Assembly: GCA_964016885.1 (NCBI GenBank) | Contig: OZ024766.1 | Location: 16,058,001-16,122,000, forward strand | Direction of reading: 5' to 3' | Length of the DNA stretch: 64,000 bases | Source: Eledone cirrhosa | Taxonomy: Eukaryota | Shown: positions 22,132 through 37,100 of the stretch, piece after piece | Position numbering within the stretch: the first letter of the stretch is position 1 | How the letters are laid out: each line of letters opens with the position of its first letter | Position numbers and translations under genes: made by a program | Notes under the pieces: model-generated | Told to the model about the DNA's origin: nothing | What the model saw: only the letters and a program-made list of their open reading frames with translations | Database searches by the model: none

Positions 22132-25100
22132 TCCATGGCTGTCTTATTTAACTGACTACTCCAGTGACTGCTCCTTCTAGTCTCTTCTTCCAATGTCAGT
22201 TGTCATACAGGTGTCCATGGCTGTCTTATTTAACTAGCTACTCCAGTGACTGCTCCTTCTAGTCCCTTCTTCCAATGTCAGTTGTCATACAGGTGTCCAT
22301 GGCCATATTATTTAACTGGCTACTCCAGTGACTGCTCCTTCTAGTCTCTTCTTCCAATGTCAGTTGTCATACAGGAGTCCATGGCTGTCTTATTTAACTG
22401 ACTACTCCAGTGACTGCTCCTTCTAATCCCTTCTTCCAATGTCAGTTGTCATACAGGTGTGCATGGCTGTCTTATAAAACTAGCTACGCCAGTGACTGCT
22501 CCTTCTAGTCCATTCTTCCAATGTCAGTTGTCATACAGGTGTCCATGTCTGACTTATTTAACTGGCTACTCCAGTGACTGCTCCTTCTAGTCCCTTCTTC
22601 CAATGTCAGTTGTCATACAGGAGTCCATGGCTGTCTTATTTAACTGGCTACTCCAGTGATTGCTCCTTCTAATCCCTTCTTCCAATGTCAGTTGTCATAC
22701 AGGTGTGCATGGCTGTCTTATAAAACTAGCTACTCCAGTGACTGCTCCTTCTAGTCCATTCTTCCAATGTCAGTTGTCATACAGGTGTCCATGGCTGTCT
22801 TATTTAACTGGCTACTCCAGTGACTGCTCCTTCTGGTCCCTTCTTCCAATGTCAGTTGTCATACAGGAGTCCATGGCTGTCTTATTTAACTGGCTACTCC
22901 AGTGATTGCTCTTTCTAGTCTCTTCTTCCAATGTCAGTTGTCATACAGTTGTCCATGGCTGTCTTATTTAACTGGCTACTCCAGTGACTGCCCCTTCTAG
23001 TCTCTTCTTCCAATGTCAGTTGTCATACAGGTGTCCATGGCTGTCTTATTTAACTAGCTACTCCAGTGACTGCTCCTTCTAGTCCCTTCTTCCAATGTCA
23101 GTTGTCATACAGGTGTCCGTGGCCATATTATTTAACTGGCTACTCCAGTGTCTGCTCCTTCTAGTCCCTTCTTCCAATGTCAGTTGTCATACAGGTGTCC
23201 ATGGCTGTCTTATTTAACTAGCTACTCCAGTGACTGCTCCTTCTAGTCTCTTCTTCCAATGTCAGTTGTCATACAGGTGTCCATGACTGTCTTATTTAAC
23301 TGGCTACTCCAGTGACTGCTCCTTCTAGTCCCTTCTTCCAATGTCAGTTGTCATACAGGTGTCCATGGCTGTCTTATTTAACTGTCCACTCCAGTGACAG
23401 CTCCATCTAGTCTCTCTTTCCAATGTCAGTTGTCATACAGGAGTCCATGGCTGTCTTATTTAACTGGCTACTCCAGTGACTGCTCCTTCTAGTCTCTCTT
23501 TCCAATGTCAGTTGTCATACAGGAGTCCATGGCTGTCTTATTTAACTGGCTACTCCAGTGACTGCTCCTTCTCGTCTCTTCTTCCAATGTCAGTTGTCAT
23601 ACAGGTGTCCATGGCTGTCTTATTTAACTGGCTACTCCAGTGACTGCTCCTTCTAGTCTCTTCTGCCAATGTCAGTTGTCATACAGGAGTCCATGGCTGT
23701 CTTATTTAACTGGCCACTCCAGTGACTGCTCCTTCTAGTCTCTCTTTCCAATGTCAGTTGTCATACAGGAGTCCATGGCTGTCTTATTTAACTGACTACT
23801 CCAGTGACTGCCCCTTCTAGTCTCTTCTTCCAATGTCAGTTGTCATACAGGTGTCCATGGCTGTCTTATTTAACTGACTACTCCAGTGACTACCCCTTCT
23901 AGTCCCTTCTTCCAATGTCAGTTGTCATACAGGAGTCCATGGCTGTCTTATTTAACTAGCTACTCCAGTGACTGCTCCTTCTAGTCCCTTCTTCCAATGT
24001 CAATTGTCATACAGGTGTCCATGGCTGTCTTATTTAACTAGCTACTCCAGTGACTGCTCCTTCTAGTCTCTTCTTCCAATGTCAGTTGTCATACAGGTGT
24101 CCATGGCTGTCTTATTTATCTGGCTACTCCAGTGACTGCCCCTTCTAGTCCCTTCTTCCAATGTCAGTTGTCATACAGGTGTCCATGGCTGACTTATTTA
24201 ACTGGCTACTCCAGTGATTTCCCCTTCTAGTCACTTCTTCCAATGTCAGTTGTCATACAGGTGTGCATGGCTGTCTTATAAAACTAGCTACTCCAGTGAC
24301 TGCTCCTTCTAGTCCATTCTTCCAATGTCAGTTGTCATACAGGTGTCCATGGCTGTCTTATTTAACTGGCTACTCCAGTGACTGCTCCTTCTGGTCCCTT
24401 CTTCCAATGTCAGTTGTCATACAGGAGTCCATGGCTGTCTTATTTAACTGGCTACTCCAGTGATTGCTCTTTCTAGTCTCTTCTTCCAATGTCAGTTGTC
24501 ATACAGTTGTCCATGGCTGTCTTATTTAACTGGCTACTCAAGTGACTGCCCCTTCTAGTCTCTTCTTCCAATGTCAGTTGTCATACAGGTGTCCATGGCT
24601 GTCTTATTTAACTAGCTACTCCAGTGACTGCTCCTTCTAGTCCCTTCTTCCAATGTCAGTTGTCATACAGGTGTCCGTGGCCATATTATTTAACTGGCTA
24701 CTCCAGTGTCTGCTCCTTCTAGTCCCTTCTTCCAATGTCAGTTGTCATACAGGTGTCCATGGCTGTCTTATTTAACTAGCTACTCCAGTGACTGCTCCTT
24801 CTAGTCTCTTCTTCCAATGTCAGTTGTCATACAGGTGTCCATGACTGTCTTATTTAACTGGCTACTCCAGTGACTGCTCCTTCTAGTCCCTTCTTCCAAT
24901 GTCAGTTGTCATACAGGTGTCCATGGCTGTCTTATTTAACTGTCCACTCCAGTGACAGCTCCTTCTAGTCTCTCTTTCCAATGTCAGTTGTCATACAGGA
25001 GTCCATGGCTGTCTTATTTAACTGGCTACTCCAGTGACTGCTCCTTCTAGTCTCTCTTTCCAATGTCAGTTGTCATACAGGAGTCCATGGCTGTCTTATT

Positions 25101-28100
25101 TAACTGGCTACTAGAGTGACTGCTCCTTCTAGTCCCTTCTTCCAATGTCAGTTGTCATACAGGAGTCCATGGCTGTCTTATTTAACTGGCTACTCCAGTG
25201 ACTGCTCCTTCTAGTCTCCTCTTCCAATCTCAGTTGTCATACAGAAGTCCATGGCTGTCTTATTTAACTGACTACTCCAGTGACTGCTCCTTCTAGTCTC
25301 TTCTTCCAATGTCAGTTGTCATACAGGAGTCCATGGCTGTCTTATTTAACTGGCTACTCCAGTGACTGCCCCTTCTAATCCCTTCTTCCAATGTCATTTG
25401 TCATACAGGAGTCCATGGCTGTCTTGTATAACTAGCTACTCCAGTGACTACTCCTAGTCTCTTCCAATGTCAGTTGTCATACAGGAGTCCATGGCTGTCT
25501 TATTTAACTGACTACTCCAGTGACTGCCCCTTCTAGTCTCTTCTTCCAATGTCAGTTGTCATACAGGTGTCCATGGCTGTCTTATTTAACTGACTACTCC
25601 AGTGACTACCCCTTCTAGTCCCTTCTTCCAATGTCAGTTGTCATACAGGAGTCCATGGCTGTCTTATTTAACTAGCTACTCCAGTGACTGCTCCTTCTAG
25701 TCCCTTCTTCCAATGTCAATTGTCATACAGGTGTCCATGGCTGTCTTATTTAACTAGCTACTCCAGTGAATGCTCCTTCTAGTCTCTTCTTCCAATGTCA
25801 GTTGTCATACAGGTGTCCATGGCTGTCTTATTTATCTGGCTACTCCAGTGACTGCCCCTTCTAGTCCCTTCTTCCAATGTCAGGTGTCCATGGCTGACTT
25901 ATTTAACTGGCTACTCCAGTGATTTCCCCTTCTAGTCACTTCTTCCAATGTCAGTTGTCATACACGAGTCCATGACTGTCTTATTTAACTGGCTACTCCA
26001 GTGACTGCTCCTTCTAGTCTCTTTATCCAACGTCAGTTGTCATACAGGAGTCCATGGCTGTCTTATTTAACTGGCTGCTCCATTGACTGCTCCTTCTAGT
26101 CCCTTCTTCCAATGTCAGTTGTCATACAGGTGTCCATGGCTGTCTTATTTAATTGGCTACTCCAGTGACTGCTCCTTTTAATCCCTTCTTCCAATGTCAG
26201 TTCTCATACAGGTGTCAATGGCTGTTTTTTAACTGGCTACTCCAGTGACTGCTCCTTCTAGTCCCTTCTTCCAATGTCAGTTGTCATACAGGTGTCCAAA
26301 GCTGTCTTATTTAACTGGCTACTCCAGTGACTGCCCCTTCTAGTCCCTTCTTCCAATGTCAGTTGTCATACAGGTGTCCATGGCTGTCTTATTTAACTAG
26401 CTACTCCAGTGACTGCTCCTTCTAGTCCCTTCTTCCAATGTCAGTTGTCATACAGGTGTCCATGGCCATATTATTTAACTGGCTACTCCAGTGTCTTCTC
26501 CTTCTAGTCTCTTCTTCCAATGTCAGTTGTCATACAGGTGTCCATGGCTGTCTTACATAACTGGCTACTCCAGTGACTGCCCCTTCTAGTCCCTTCTTCC
26601 AATGTCAGTTGTCATACAGGTGTCCATGGCCATATTATTTAACTGGCTACTCCAGTGTCTTCTCCTTCTAGTCTCTTCTTCCAATGTCAGTTGTCATACA
26701 GGTGTCCATGGCTGTCTTATATAACTGGCTACTCCAGTGACTGCCCCTTCTAGTCCCTTCTTCCAATGTCAGTTGTCATACAGGTGTCCATGGCTGTCTT
26801 ATTTAACTGGCTACTCCAGTGACTGCTCCTTCTAGTCTCTTCTTCCAATGTCTGTTGTCATACAGGTGTCCATGGCTGTCTTATTTAACTAGCTACTCCA
26901 GTGACTGCTCCTTCTAGTCTCTTCTTCCAATGTCAGTTGTCATACAGGAGTCCATGGCTGTCTTATTTAACTGGCTACTCTAGTGACAGCTCCTTCTAAT
27001 CCCTTCTTCCAATGTCAGTTGTCATACAGGTGTGCATGGCTGTCTTATAAAACTAGCTACTCCAGTGATTGCTCCTTATAGTCCCTTCATCCAATGTCAG
27101 TTGTCATACAGGAGTCCATGGCTGTCTTATTTAACTGGCTACTCCAGTGACTGCTCCTTCTAGTCTCCTCTTCCAATCTCAGTTGTCATACAGAAGTCCA
27201 TGGCTGTCTTATTTAACTGACTACTCCAGTGACTGCTCCTTCTAGTCTCTTCTTCCAATGTCAGTTGTCATACAGTTGTCCATGGCTGTCTTATTTAACT
27301 AGCTACTCCAGTGACTACTCCTAGTCTCTTCCAATGTCAGTTGTCATACAGGAGTCCATGGCTGTCTTATTTAACTGACTACTCCAGTGACTGCCCCTTC
27401 TAGTCCCTTCTTCCAATGTCAGTTGTCATACAGGAGTCCATGGCTGTCTTATTTAACTAGCTACTCCAGTGACTGCTCCTTCTAGTCCCTTCTTCCAATG
27501 TCAATTGTCATACAGGTGTCCATGGCTGTCTTATTTAACTAGCTACTCCAGTGACTGCTCCTTCTAGTCTCTTCTTCCAATGTCAGTTGTCATACAGGTG
27601 TCCATGGCTGTCTTATTTATCTGGCTACTCCAGTGACTGCCCCTTCTAGTCCCTTCTTCCAATGTCAGTTGTCATACAGGTGTCCATGGCTGACTTATTT
27701 AACTGGCTACTCCAGTGATTTCCCCTTCTAGTCCCTTCTTCCAATGTCAATTGTCATACAGGTGTCCATGGCTGTCTTATTTAACTAGCTACTCCAGTGA
27801 CTGCTCCTTCTAGTCTCTTTATCCAACGTCAGTTGTCATACAGGAGTCCATGGCTGTCTTATTTAACTGGCTGCTCCATTGACTGCTCCTTCTAGTCCCT
27901 TCTTCCAATGTCAGTTGTCATACAGGTGTCCATGGCTGTCTTATTTAATTGGCTACTCCAGTGACTGCTCCTTCTAATCCCTTCTTCCAATGTCAGTTCT
28001 CATACAGGTGTCAATGGCTGTTATTTAACTGGCTACTCCAGTGACTGCTCCTTCTAGTCCCTTCTTCCAATGTCAGTTGTCATACAGGTGTCCAAAGCTC

Positions 28101-31100
28101 TCTTATTTAACTGGCTACTCCAGTGACTGCCCCTTCTAGTCCCTTCTTCCAATGTCAGTTGTCATACAGGTGTCCATGGCTGTCTTATTTAACTGGCTAC
28201 TCCAGTGACTGCCCCTTCTAGTCCCTTCTTCCAATGTCAGTTGTCATACAGGAGTCCATGGCTGTCTTATTTAACTGGCTACTCCAGTGACTGCCCCTTC
28301 TAGTCCCTTCTTCCAATGTCAGTTGTCATACAGGAGTCCATGGCTGTCTTATTTAACTGGCTACTCCAGTGACTGCTCCTTCTAGTCTCTTCTTCCAAAA
28401 TCAGTTGTCATACAGGTGTCCATGGCTGTCTTATTTAACTGGCTACTCCAGTGACTGCTCCTTCTCGTCTCTCTTTCCAATATCAGTTGTCTTACAGGTG
28501 TCCATGGCTGTCTTATTTAACTGGCTACTCCAGTGACTGCTCCTGCTAGTCTCTTCTTCCAATGTCAGCTGACATACAGGTGTCCATGGCTGTCTTATTT
28601 AACTGGCTACTCCAGTGACTGCTCCCTCTAGTCCCTTCTTCCAATGTCAGTTGTCATACAGGAGTCCAAGACTGTCTTATTTAACTGGCTACTCCAGTGA
28701 CTGCTCCTTCTAGTCCATTCTTCCAATGTCAGTTGTCATACAGGTGTCCATTGCTGTCTTGTTTAACTGGCTACTCCAGTGACTGCTCCTTCTAGTCCCT
28801 TCTTCCAATGTCAGTTGTCATACAGGTGTCCATGGCTGTCTTGTTTAACTGGCTACTCCAGTGACTGCTCCTTCTAGTCCCTACTTCCAATGTCAGTTGT
28901 CATACAGGTGTCCATGGCTGTCTTGTTTAACTGGCTACTCCATTGACTGCTCCTTCTAGTCCCTTCTTCCAATGTCAGTTGTCATACAGGAGTCCAAGAC
29001 TGTCTTATTTAACTGGCTACTCCAGTGACTGCTCCTTCTAGTCCCTTCTTCCAATGTCAGTTGTCATACAGGTGTCCATGGCTGTCTTGTTTAACTGGAT
29101 ACTCCAGTGACTGCTCCTTCTAGTCTCTTCTTCTAATGTCAGTTGTCATACAGGTGTCCATGGCTGTCTTATTTAACTGGCTACTCCAAGACTGCTCCTT
29201 CTAGTCTCTTCTTCCAATGTCAGTTGTCATACAGGTGTCCATGGCTGTCTTATTTAACTGGCTACTCCAGTGACTGCTCCTTCTAGTCCCTTCTTCCAAT
29301 GTCAGTTGTCATACAGGTGTCCATGGCTGTCTTATTTAACTGGCTACTCCAAGACTGCTCCTTCTAGTCTCTTCTTCCAATGTCAGTTGTCATACAGGTG
29401 TCCATGGCTGTCTTATTTAACTGGCTACTCCAGTGACTGCTCCTTCTAGTCCCTTCTTCCAATGTCAGTTGTCATACAGGTGTCCATGGCTGTCTTGTTT
29501 AACTGGATACTCCAGTGACTGTTCCTTCTAGTCTCTTCTTCCAATGTCAGTTGTCATACAGGAGTCCATGGCTGTCTTATTTAACTGGCTACTCCAGTGA
29601 CTGCTCCTTCTAGTCTCTTCTTCCAATGTCAGTTGTCATACAGGTGTCCATGGCTGACTTATTTAACTGGCTACTCCAGTGACTGCTCCTTCTAATCTCT
29701 TCTTCCAATGTCAGTTGTCATACAGGAGTCCATGGCTGTCTTATTTAACTGACTACTCCAGTGACTGCTCCTTCTAGTCCCTTCTTCCAATGTCAGTTGT
29801 CATACAGGTGTCCATGGCTGTCTTGTTTAACTGGCTACTCCAGTGACTGCTCCTTCTAGTCCCTTCTTCCAATGTCAGTTGTCATACAGGTGTCCATGGC
29901 TGTCTTATTTAACTGGCTACTCCAGTGACTGCCCCTTCTAGTCCCTTCTTCCAATGTCAGTTGTCATACAGGTGTCCATGGCTGACTTATTTAACTGGCT
30001 ACTCCAGTGATTTCCCCCTCTAGTCTCTTCTTCCAATGTCAGTTGTCATACAGGAGTCCATGACTGTCTTATTTAAGTGGCTACTCCAGTGACTGCTCCT
30101 TCTAGTCTCTTCATCCAACGTCAGTTGTCATACAGGAGTCCATGGCTGTCTTATTTAACTGGCTGCTCCATTGACTGCTCCTTCTAGTCCCTTCTTCCAA
30201 TGTCAGTTGTCATACAGGTGTCAATGGCTGTTATTTAACTGGCTACTCCAGTGACTGCTCCTTCTAGTCCCTTCTTCCAATGTCAGTTGTCATACAGCTG
30301 TCCAAAGCTGTCTTATTTAACTGGCTACTCCAGTGACTGCCCCTTCTAGTACCTTCTTCCAATGTCAGTTGTCATACAGGAGTCCATGGCTGTCTTATTT
30401 AACTGGCTACTCCAGTGACTGCCCCTTCTAGTCCCTTCTTCCAATGTCAGTTGTCATACAGGAGTCCATGGCTGTCTTATTTAACTGGCTACTCCAGTGA
30501 CTGCCCCTTCTAGTCTCTTCTTCCAATGTCAGTTGTCATACAGGTGTCCATGGTTGTCTTATTTAACTGACTACTCCAGTGACTGCCCCTTCTAGTCCCT
30601 TCTTCCAATGTCAGTTGTCATACAGGAGTCCATGGCTGTCTTATTTAACTAGCTACTCCAGTGACTGCTCCTTCTCGTCCCTTCTTCCAATGTCAATTGT
30701 CATACAGGTGTCCATGGCTGTCTTATTTAACTAGCTACTCCAGTGACTGCTCCTTCTAGTCTCTTCTTCCAATGTCAGTTGTCATACAGGTGTCCATGGC
30801 TGTCTTATTTATCTGGCTACTCCAGTGACTGCCCCTTCTAGTCCCTTCTTCCAATGTCAGTTGTCATACAGGTGTCCATGGCTGACTTATTTAACTGGCT
30901 ACTCCAGTGATTTCCCCTTCTAGTCACTTCTTCCAATGTCAGTTGTCATACAGGAGTCCATGACTGTCTTATTTAACTGGCTGCTCCATTGACTGCTCCT
31001 TCTAGTCCCTTCTTCCAATGTCAGTTGTCATACAGGTGTCCATGGCTGTCTTATTTAATTGGCTACTCCAGTGACTGCTCCTTCTAATCCCTTCTTCCAA

Positions 31101-34100
31101 TGTCAGTTCTCATACAGGTGTCAATGGCTGTTATTTAACTGGCTACTCCAGTGACTGCTCCTTCTAGTCCCTTCTTCCAATGTCAGTTGTCATACAGGTG
31201 TCCAAAGCTGTCTTATTTAACTGGCTACTCCAGTGACTGCCCCTTCTAGTCCCTTCTTCCAATGTCAGTTGTCATACAGGTGTCCATGGCTGTCTTATTT
31301 AACTGGCTACTCCAGTGACTGCCCCTTCTAGTCCCTTCTTCCAATGTCAGTTGTCATACAGGAGTCCATGGCTGTCTTATTTAACTGGCTACTCCAGTGA
31401 CTGCCCCTTCTAGTCCCTTCTTCCAATGTCAGTTGTCATACAGGAGTCCATGGCTGTCTTATTTAACTGGCTACTCCAGTGACTGCTCCTTCTAGTCTCT
31501 TCTTCCAAAATCAGTTGTCATACAGGTGTCCATGGCTGTCTTATTTAACTGGCTACTCCAGTGACTGCTCCTTCTCGTCTCTCTTTCCAATATCAGTTGT
31601 CTTACAGGTGTCCATGGCTGTCTTATTTAACTGGCTACTCCAGTGACTGCTCCTGCTAGTCTCTTCTTCCAATGTCAGCTGACATACAGGTGTCCATGGC
31701 TGTCTTATTTAACTGGCTACTCCAGTGACTGCTCCCTCTAGTCCCTTCTTCCAATGTCAGTTGTCATACAGGAGTCCAAGACTGTCTTATTTAACTGGCT
31801 ACTCCAGTGACTGCTCCTTCTAGTCCATTCTTCCAATGTCAGTTGTCATACAGGTGTCCATGACTGTCTTGTTTAACTGGCTACTCCAGTGACTGCTCCT
31901 TCTAGTCCCTTCTTCCAATGTCAGTTGTCATACAGGTGTCCATGGCTGTCTTGTTTAACTGGCTACTCCAGTGACTGCTCCTTCTAGTCCCTTCTTCCAA
32001 TGTCAGTTGTCATACAGGTGTCCATGGCTGTCTTGTTTAACTGGCTACTCCAGTGACTGCTCCTTCTAGTCCCTTCTTCCAATGTCAGTTGTCATACAGG
32101 AGTCCAAGACTGTCTTATTTAACTGGCTACTCCAGTGACTGCTCCTTCTAGTCCCTTCTTCCAATGTCAGTTGTCATACAGGTGTCCATGGCTGTCTTGT
32201 TTAACTGTATACTCCAGTGACTGCTCCTTCTAGTCTCTTCTTCCAATGTCAGTTGTCATACAGGTGTCCATGGCTGTCTTATTTAACTGGCTACTCCAGT
32301 GACTGCTCCTTCTAGTCCCTTCTTCCAATGTCAGTTGTCATACAGGTGTCCATGGCTGTCTTATTTAACTGGCTACTCCAAGACTGCTCCTTCTAGTCTC
32401 TTCTTCCAATGTCAGTTGTCATACAGGTGTCCATGGCTGTCTTATTTAACTGGCTACTCCAGTGACTGCTCCTTCTAGTCCCTTCTTCCAATGTCAGTTG
32501 TCATACAGGTGTCCATGGCTGTCTTGTTTAACTGGATACTCCAGTGACTGCTCCTTCTAGTCTCTTCTTCCAATGTCAGTTGTCATACAGGAGTCCATGG
32601 CTGTCTTATTTAACTGGCTACTCCAGTGACTGCTCCTTCTAGTCTCTTCTTCCAATGTCAGCTGTCATACAGGTGTCCATGGCTGTCTTATTTAACTGGC
32701 TACTCCAGTGACTGCTCCTTCTAGTCTCTTCTTCCAATGTCAGTTGTCATACAGGTGTCCATGGCTGTCTTATTTAACTGGCTACTCCAGTGACTGCTCC
32801 TTCTAGTCTCTTCTTCCAATGTCAGTTGTCATACAGGTGTCCATGGCTGACTTATTTAACTGGCTACTCCAGTGACTGCTCCTTCTAATCTCTTCTTCCA
32901 ATGTCAGTTGTCATACAGGAGTCCATGGCTGTCTTATTTAACTGACTACTCCAGTGACTGCTCCTTCTAGTCCCTTCTTCCAATGTCAGTTGTCATACAG
33001 GTGTCCATGGCTGTCTTGTTTAACTGGCTACTCCAGTGACTGCTCCTTCTAGTCCCTTCTTCCAATGTCAGTTGTTATACAGGTGTCCATGGCTGTCTTA
33101 TTTAACTGGCTACTCCAGTGACTGCTCCTTCTAGTCTCTTCTTCCAATGTCAGTTGTCATACAGGTGTCCATGGCTGTCTTATTTAACTGGCTACTCCAG
33201 TGATTTCCCCCTCTAGTCTCTTCTTCCAATGTCAGTTGTCATACAGGAGTCCATGACTGTCTTATTTAAGTGGCTACTCCAGTGACTGCTCCTTCTATTC
33301 TCTTCATCCAACGTCAGTTGTCATACAGGAGTCCATGGCTGTCTTATTTAACTGGCTACTCCAGTGACTGCTCCTTCTAGTCTCTTCTTCCAATGTCAGC
33401 TGTCATACAGGTGTCCATGGCTGTCTTATTTAACTGGCTACTCCAGTGACTGCTCCTTCTAGTCTCTTCTTCCAATGTCAGTTGTCATACAGGTGTCCAT
33501 GGCTGTCTTATTTAACTGGCTACTCCAGTGACTGCTCCTTCTAGTCTCTTCTTCCAATGTCAGTTGTCATACAGGTGTCCATGGCTGACTTATTTAACTG
33601 GCTACTCCAGTGACTGCTCCTTCTAATCTCTTCTTCCAATGTCAGTTGTCATACAGGAGTCCATGGCTGTCTTATTTAACTGACTACTCCAGTGACTGCT
33701 CCTTCTAGTCCCTTCTTCCAATGTCAGTTGTCATACAGGTGTCCATGGCTGTCTTGTTTAACTGGCTACTCCAGTGACTGCTCCTTCTAGTCCCTTCTTC
33801 CAATGTCAGTTGTTATACAGGTGTCCATGGCTGTCTTATTTAACTGGCTACTCCAGTGACTGCTCCTTCTAGTCTCTTCTTCCAATGTCAGTTGTCATAC
33901 AGGTGTCCATGGCTGTCTTATTTAACTGGCTACTCCAGTGATTTCCCCCTCTAGTCTCTTCTTCCAATGTCAGTTGTCATACAGGAGTCCATGACTGTCT
34001 TATTTAAGTGGCTACTCCAGTGACTGCTCCTTCTATTCTCTTCATCCAACGTCAGTTGTCATACAGGAGTCCATGGCTGTCTTATTTAACTGGCTGCTCC

Positions 34101-37100
34101 ATTGACTGCTCCTTCTAGTCCCTTCTTCCAATGTCAGTTGTCATACAGGTGTCAATGGCTGTTATTTAACTGGCTACTCCAGTGACTGCTCCTTCTAGTC
34201 CCTTCTTCCAATGTCAGTTGTCATACAGGTGTCCAAAGCTGTCTTATTTAACTGGCTACTCCACTGACTGCCCCTTCTAGTCCCTTCTTCCAATGTCAGT
34301 TGTCATACAGGAGTCCATGGCTGTCTTATTTAACTGGCTACTCCAGTGACTGCCCCTTCTAGTCCCTTCTTCCAATGTCAGTTGTCATACAGGAGTCCAT
34401 GGCTGTCTTATTTAACTGGCTACTCCAGTTACTGCCCCTTCTAGTCTCTTCTTCCAATGTCAGTTGTCATACAGGTGTCCATGGCTGTCTTATTTAACTG
34501 GCTACTCCAGTGACTGCTCCTTCTAGTCTCTTCTTCCAATGTCAGTTGTCATACAGGTGTCCATGGCTGTCTTATTTAACTGGCTACTCCAGTGACTGCT
34601 CCTTCTAGTCCCTTCTTCCAATGTCAGTTGTCATACAGGTGTCCATGGCTGACTTATTTAACTGGCTACTCCAGTGACTGCTCCTTCTCGTCTCTCTTTC
34701 CAATATCGGTTGTCTTACAGGAGTCCATGGCTGTCTTATTTAACTGGCTACTCCAGTGACTGCTCCTTCTAGTCCCTTCTTCCAATGTCAGTTGTCATAC
34801 AGGTGTCCATGGCTGTCTTATTTAACTGGCTACTCCAGTGACTGCCCCTTCTAGTCCCTTCTTCCAATGTCAGTTGTCATACAGGTGTCCATGGCTGACT
34901 TATTTAACTGGCTACTCCAGTGATTTCCCCCTCTAGTCTCTTCTTCCAATGTCAGTTGTCATACAGGAGTCCATGACTGTCTTATTTAAGTGGCTACTCC
35001 AGTGACTGCTCCTTCTAGTCTCTTCATCCAACGTCAGTTGTCATACAGGAGTCCATGGCTGTCTTATTTAACTGGCTGCTCCATTGACTGCTCCTTCTAG
35101 TCCCTTCTTCCAATGTCAGTTGTCATACAGGTGTCAATGGCTGTTATTTAACTGGCTACTCCAGTGACTGCTCCTTCTAGTCCCTTCTTCCAATGTCAGT
35201 TGTCATACAGCTGTCCAAAGCTGTCTTATTTAACTGGCTACTCCAGTGACTGCCCCTTCTAGTACCTTCTTCCAATGTCAGTTGTCATACAGGAGTCCAT
35301 GGCTGTCTTATTTAACTGGCTACTCCAGTGACTGCCCCTTCTAGTCCCTTCTTCCAATGTCAGTTGTCATACAGGAGTCCATGGCTGTCTTATTTAACTG
35401 GCTACTCCAGTGACTGCCCCTTCTAGTCTCTTCTTCCAATGTCAGTTGTCATACAGGTGTCCATGGTTGTCTTATTTAACTGACTACTCCAGTGACTGCC
35501 CCTTCTAGTCCCTTCTTCCAATGTCAGTTGTCATACAGGAGTCCATGGCTGTCTTATTTAACTAGCTACTCCAGTGACTGCTCCTTCTCGTCCCTTCTTC
35601 CAATGTCAATTGTCATACAGGTGTCCATGGCTGTCTTATTTAACTAGCTACTCCAGTGACTGCTCCTTCTAGTCTCTTCTTCCAATGTCAGTTGTCATAC
35701 AGGTGTCCATGGCTGTCTTATTTATCTGGCTACTCCAGTGACTGCCCCTTCTAGTCCCTTCTTCCAATGTCAGTTGTCATACAGGTGTCCATGGCTGACT
35801 TATTTAACTGGCTACTCCAGTGATTTCCCCTTCTAGTCACTTCTTCCAATGTCAGTTGTCATACAGGAGTCCATGACTGTCTTATTTAACTGGCTGCTCC
35901 ATTGACTGCTCCTTCTAGTCCCTTCTTCCAATGTCAGTTGTCATACAGGTGTCCATGGCTGTCTTATTTAATTGGCTACTCCAGTGACTGCTCCTTCTAA
36001 TCCCTTCTTCCAATGTCAGTTCTCATACAGGTGTCAATGGCTGTTATTTAACTGGCTACTCCAGTGACTGCTCCTTCTAGTCCCTTCTTCCAATGTCAGT
36101 TGTCATACAGGTGTCCAAAGCTGTCTTATTTAACTGGCTACTCCAGTGACTGCCCCTTCTAGTCCCTTCTTCCAATGTCAGTTGTCATACAGGTGTCCAT
36201 GGCTGTCTTATTTAACTGGCTACTCCAGTGACTGCCCCTTCTAGTCCCTTCTTCCAATGTCAGTTGTCATACAGGAGTCCATGGCTGTCTTATTTAACTG
36301 GCTACTCCAGTGACTGCCCCTTCTAGTCCCTTCTTCCAATGTCAGTTGTCATACAGGAGTCCATGGCTGTCTTATTTAACTGGCTACTCCAGTGACTGCT
36401 CCTTCTAGTCTCTTCTTCCAAAATCAGTTGTCATACAGGTGTCCATGGCTGTCTTATTTAACTGGCTACTCCAGTGACTGCTCCTTCTCGTCTCTCTTTC
36501 CAATATCAGTTGTCTTACAGGTGTCCATGGCTGTCTTATTTAACTGGCTACTCCAGTGACTGCTCCTGCTAGTCTCTTCTTCCAATGTCAGCTGACATAC
36601 AGGTGTCCATGGCTGTCTTATTTAACTGGCTACTCCAGTGACTGCTCCCTCTAGTCCCTTCTTCCAATGTCAGTTGTCATACAGGAGTCCAAGACTGTCT
36701 TATTTAACTGGCTACTCCAGTGACTGCTCCTTCTAGTCCATTCTTCCAATGTCAGTTGTCATACAGGTGTCCATGACTGTCTTGTTTAACTGGCTACTCC
36801 AGTGACTGCTCCTTCTAGTCCCTTCTTCCAATGTCAGTTGTCATACAGGTGTCCATGGCTGTCTTGTTTAACTGGCTACTCCAGTGACTGCTCCTTCTAG
36901 TCCCTTCTTCCAATGTCAGTTGTCATACAGGTGTCCATGGCTGTCTTGTTTAACTGGCTACTCCAGTGACTGCTCCTTCTAGTCCCTTCTTCCAATGTCA
37001 GTTGTCATACAGGAGTCCAAGACTGTCTTATTTAACTGGCTACTCCAGTGACTGCTCCTTCTAGTCCCTTCTTCCAATGTCAGTTGTCATACAGGTGTCC

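Noticed and set aside
1238-24463. Short ORFs inside the satellite (1238, 5413, 22660, 24263)
   Set aside because: The 82-bp (3n+1) unit cycles through three frames, so ORFs appear where variants remove a stop. Their recurrence reflects higher-order repeats, not genes.
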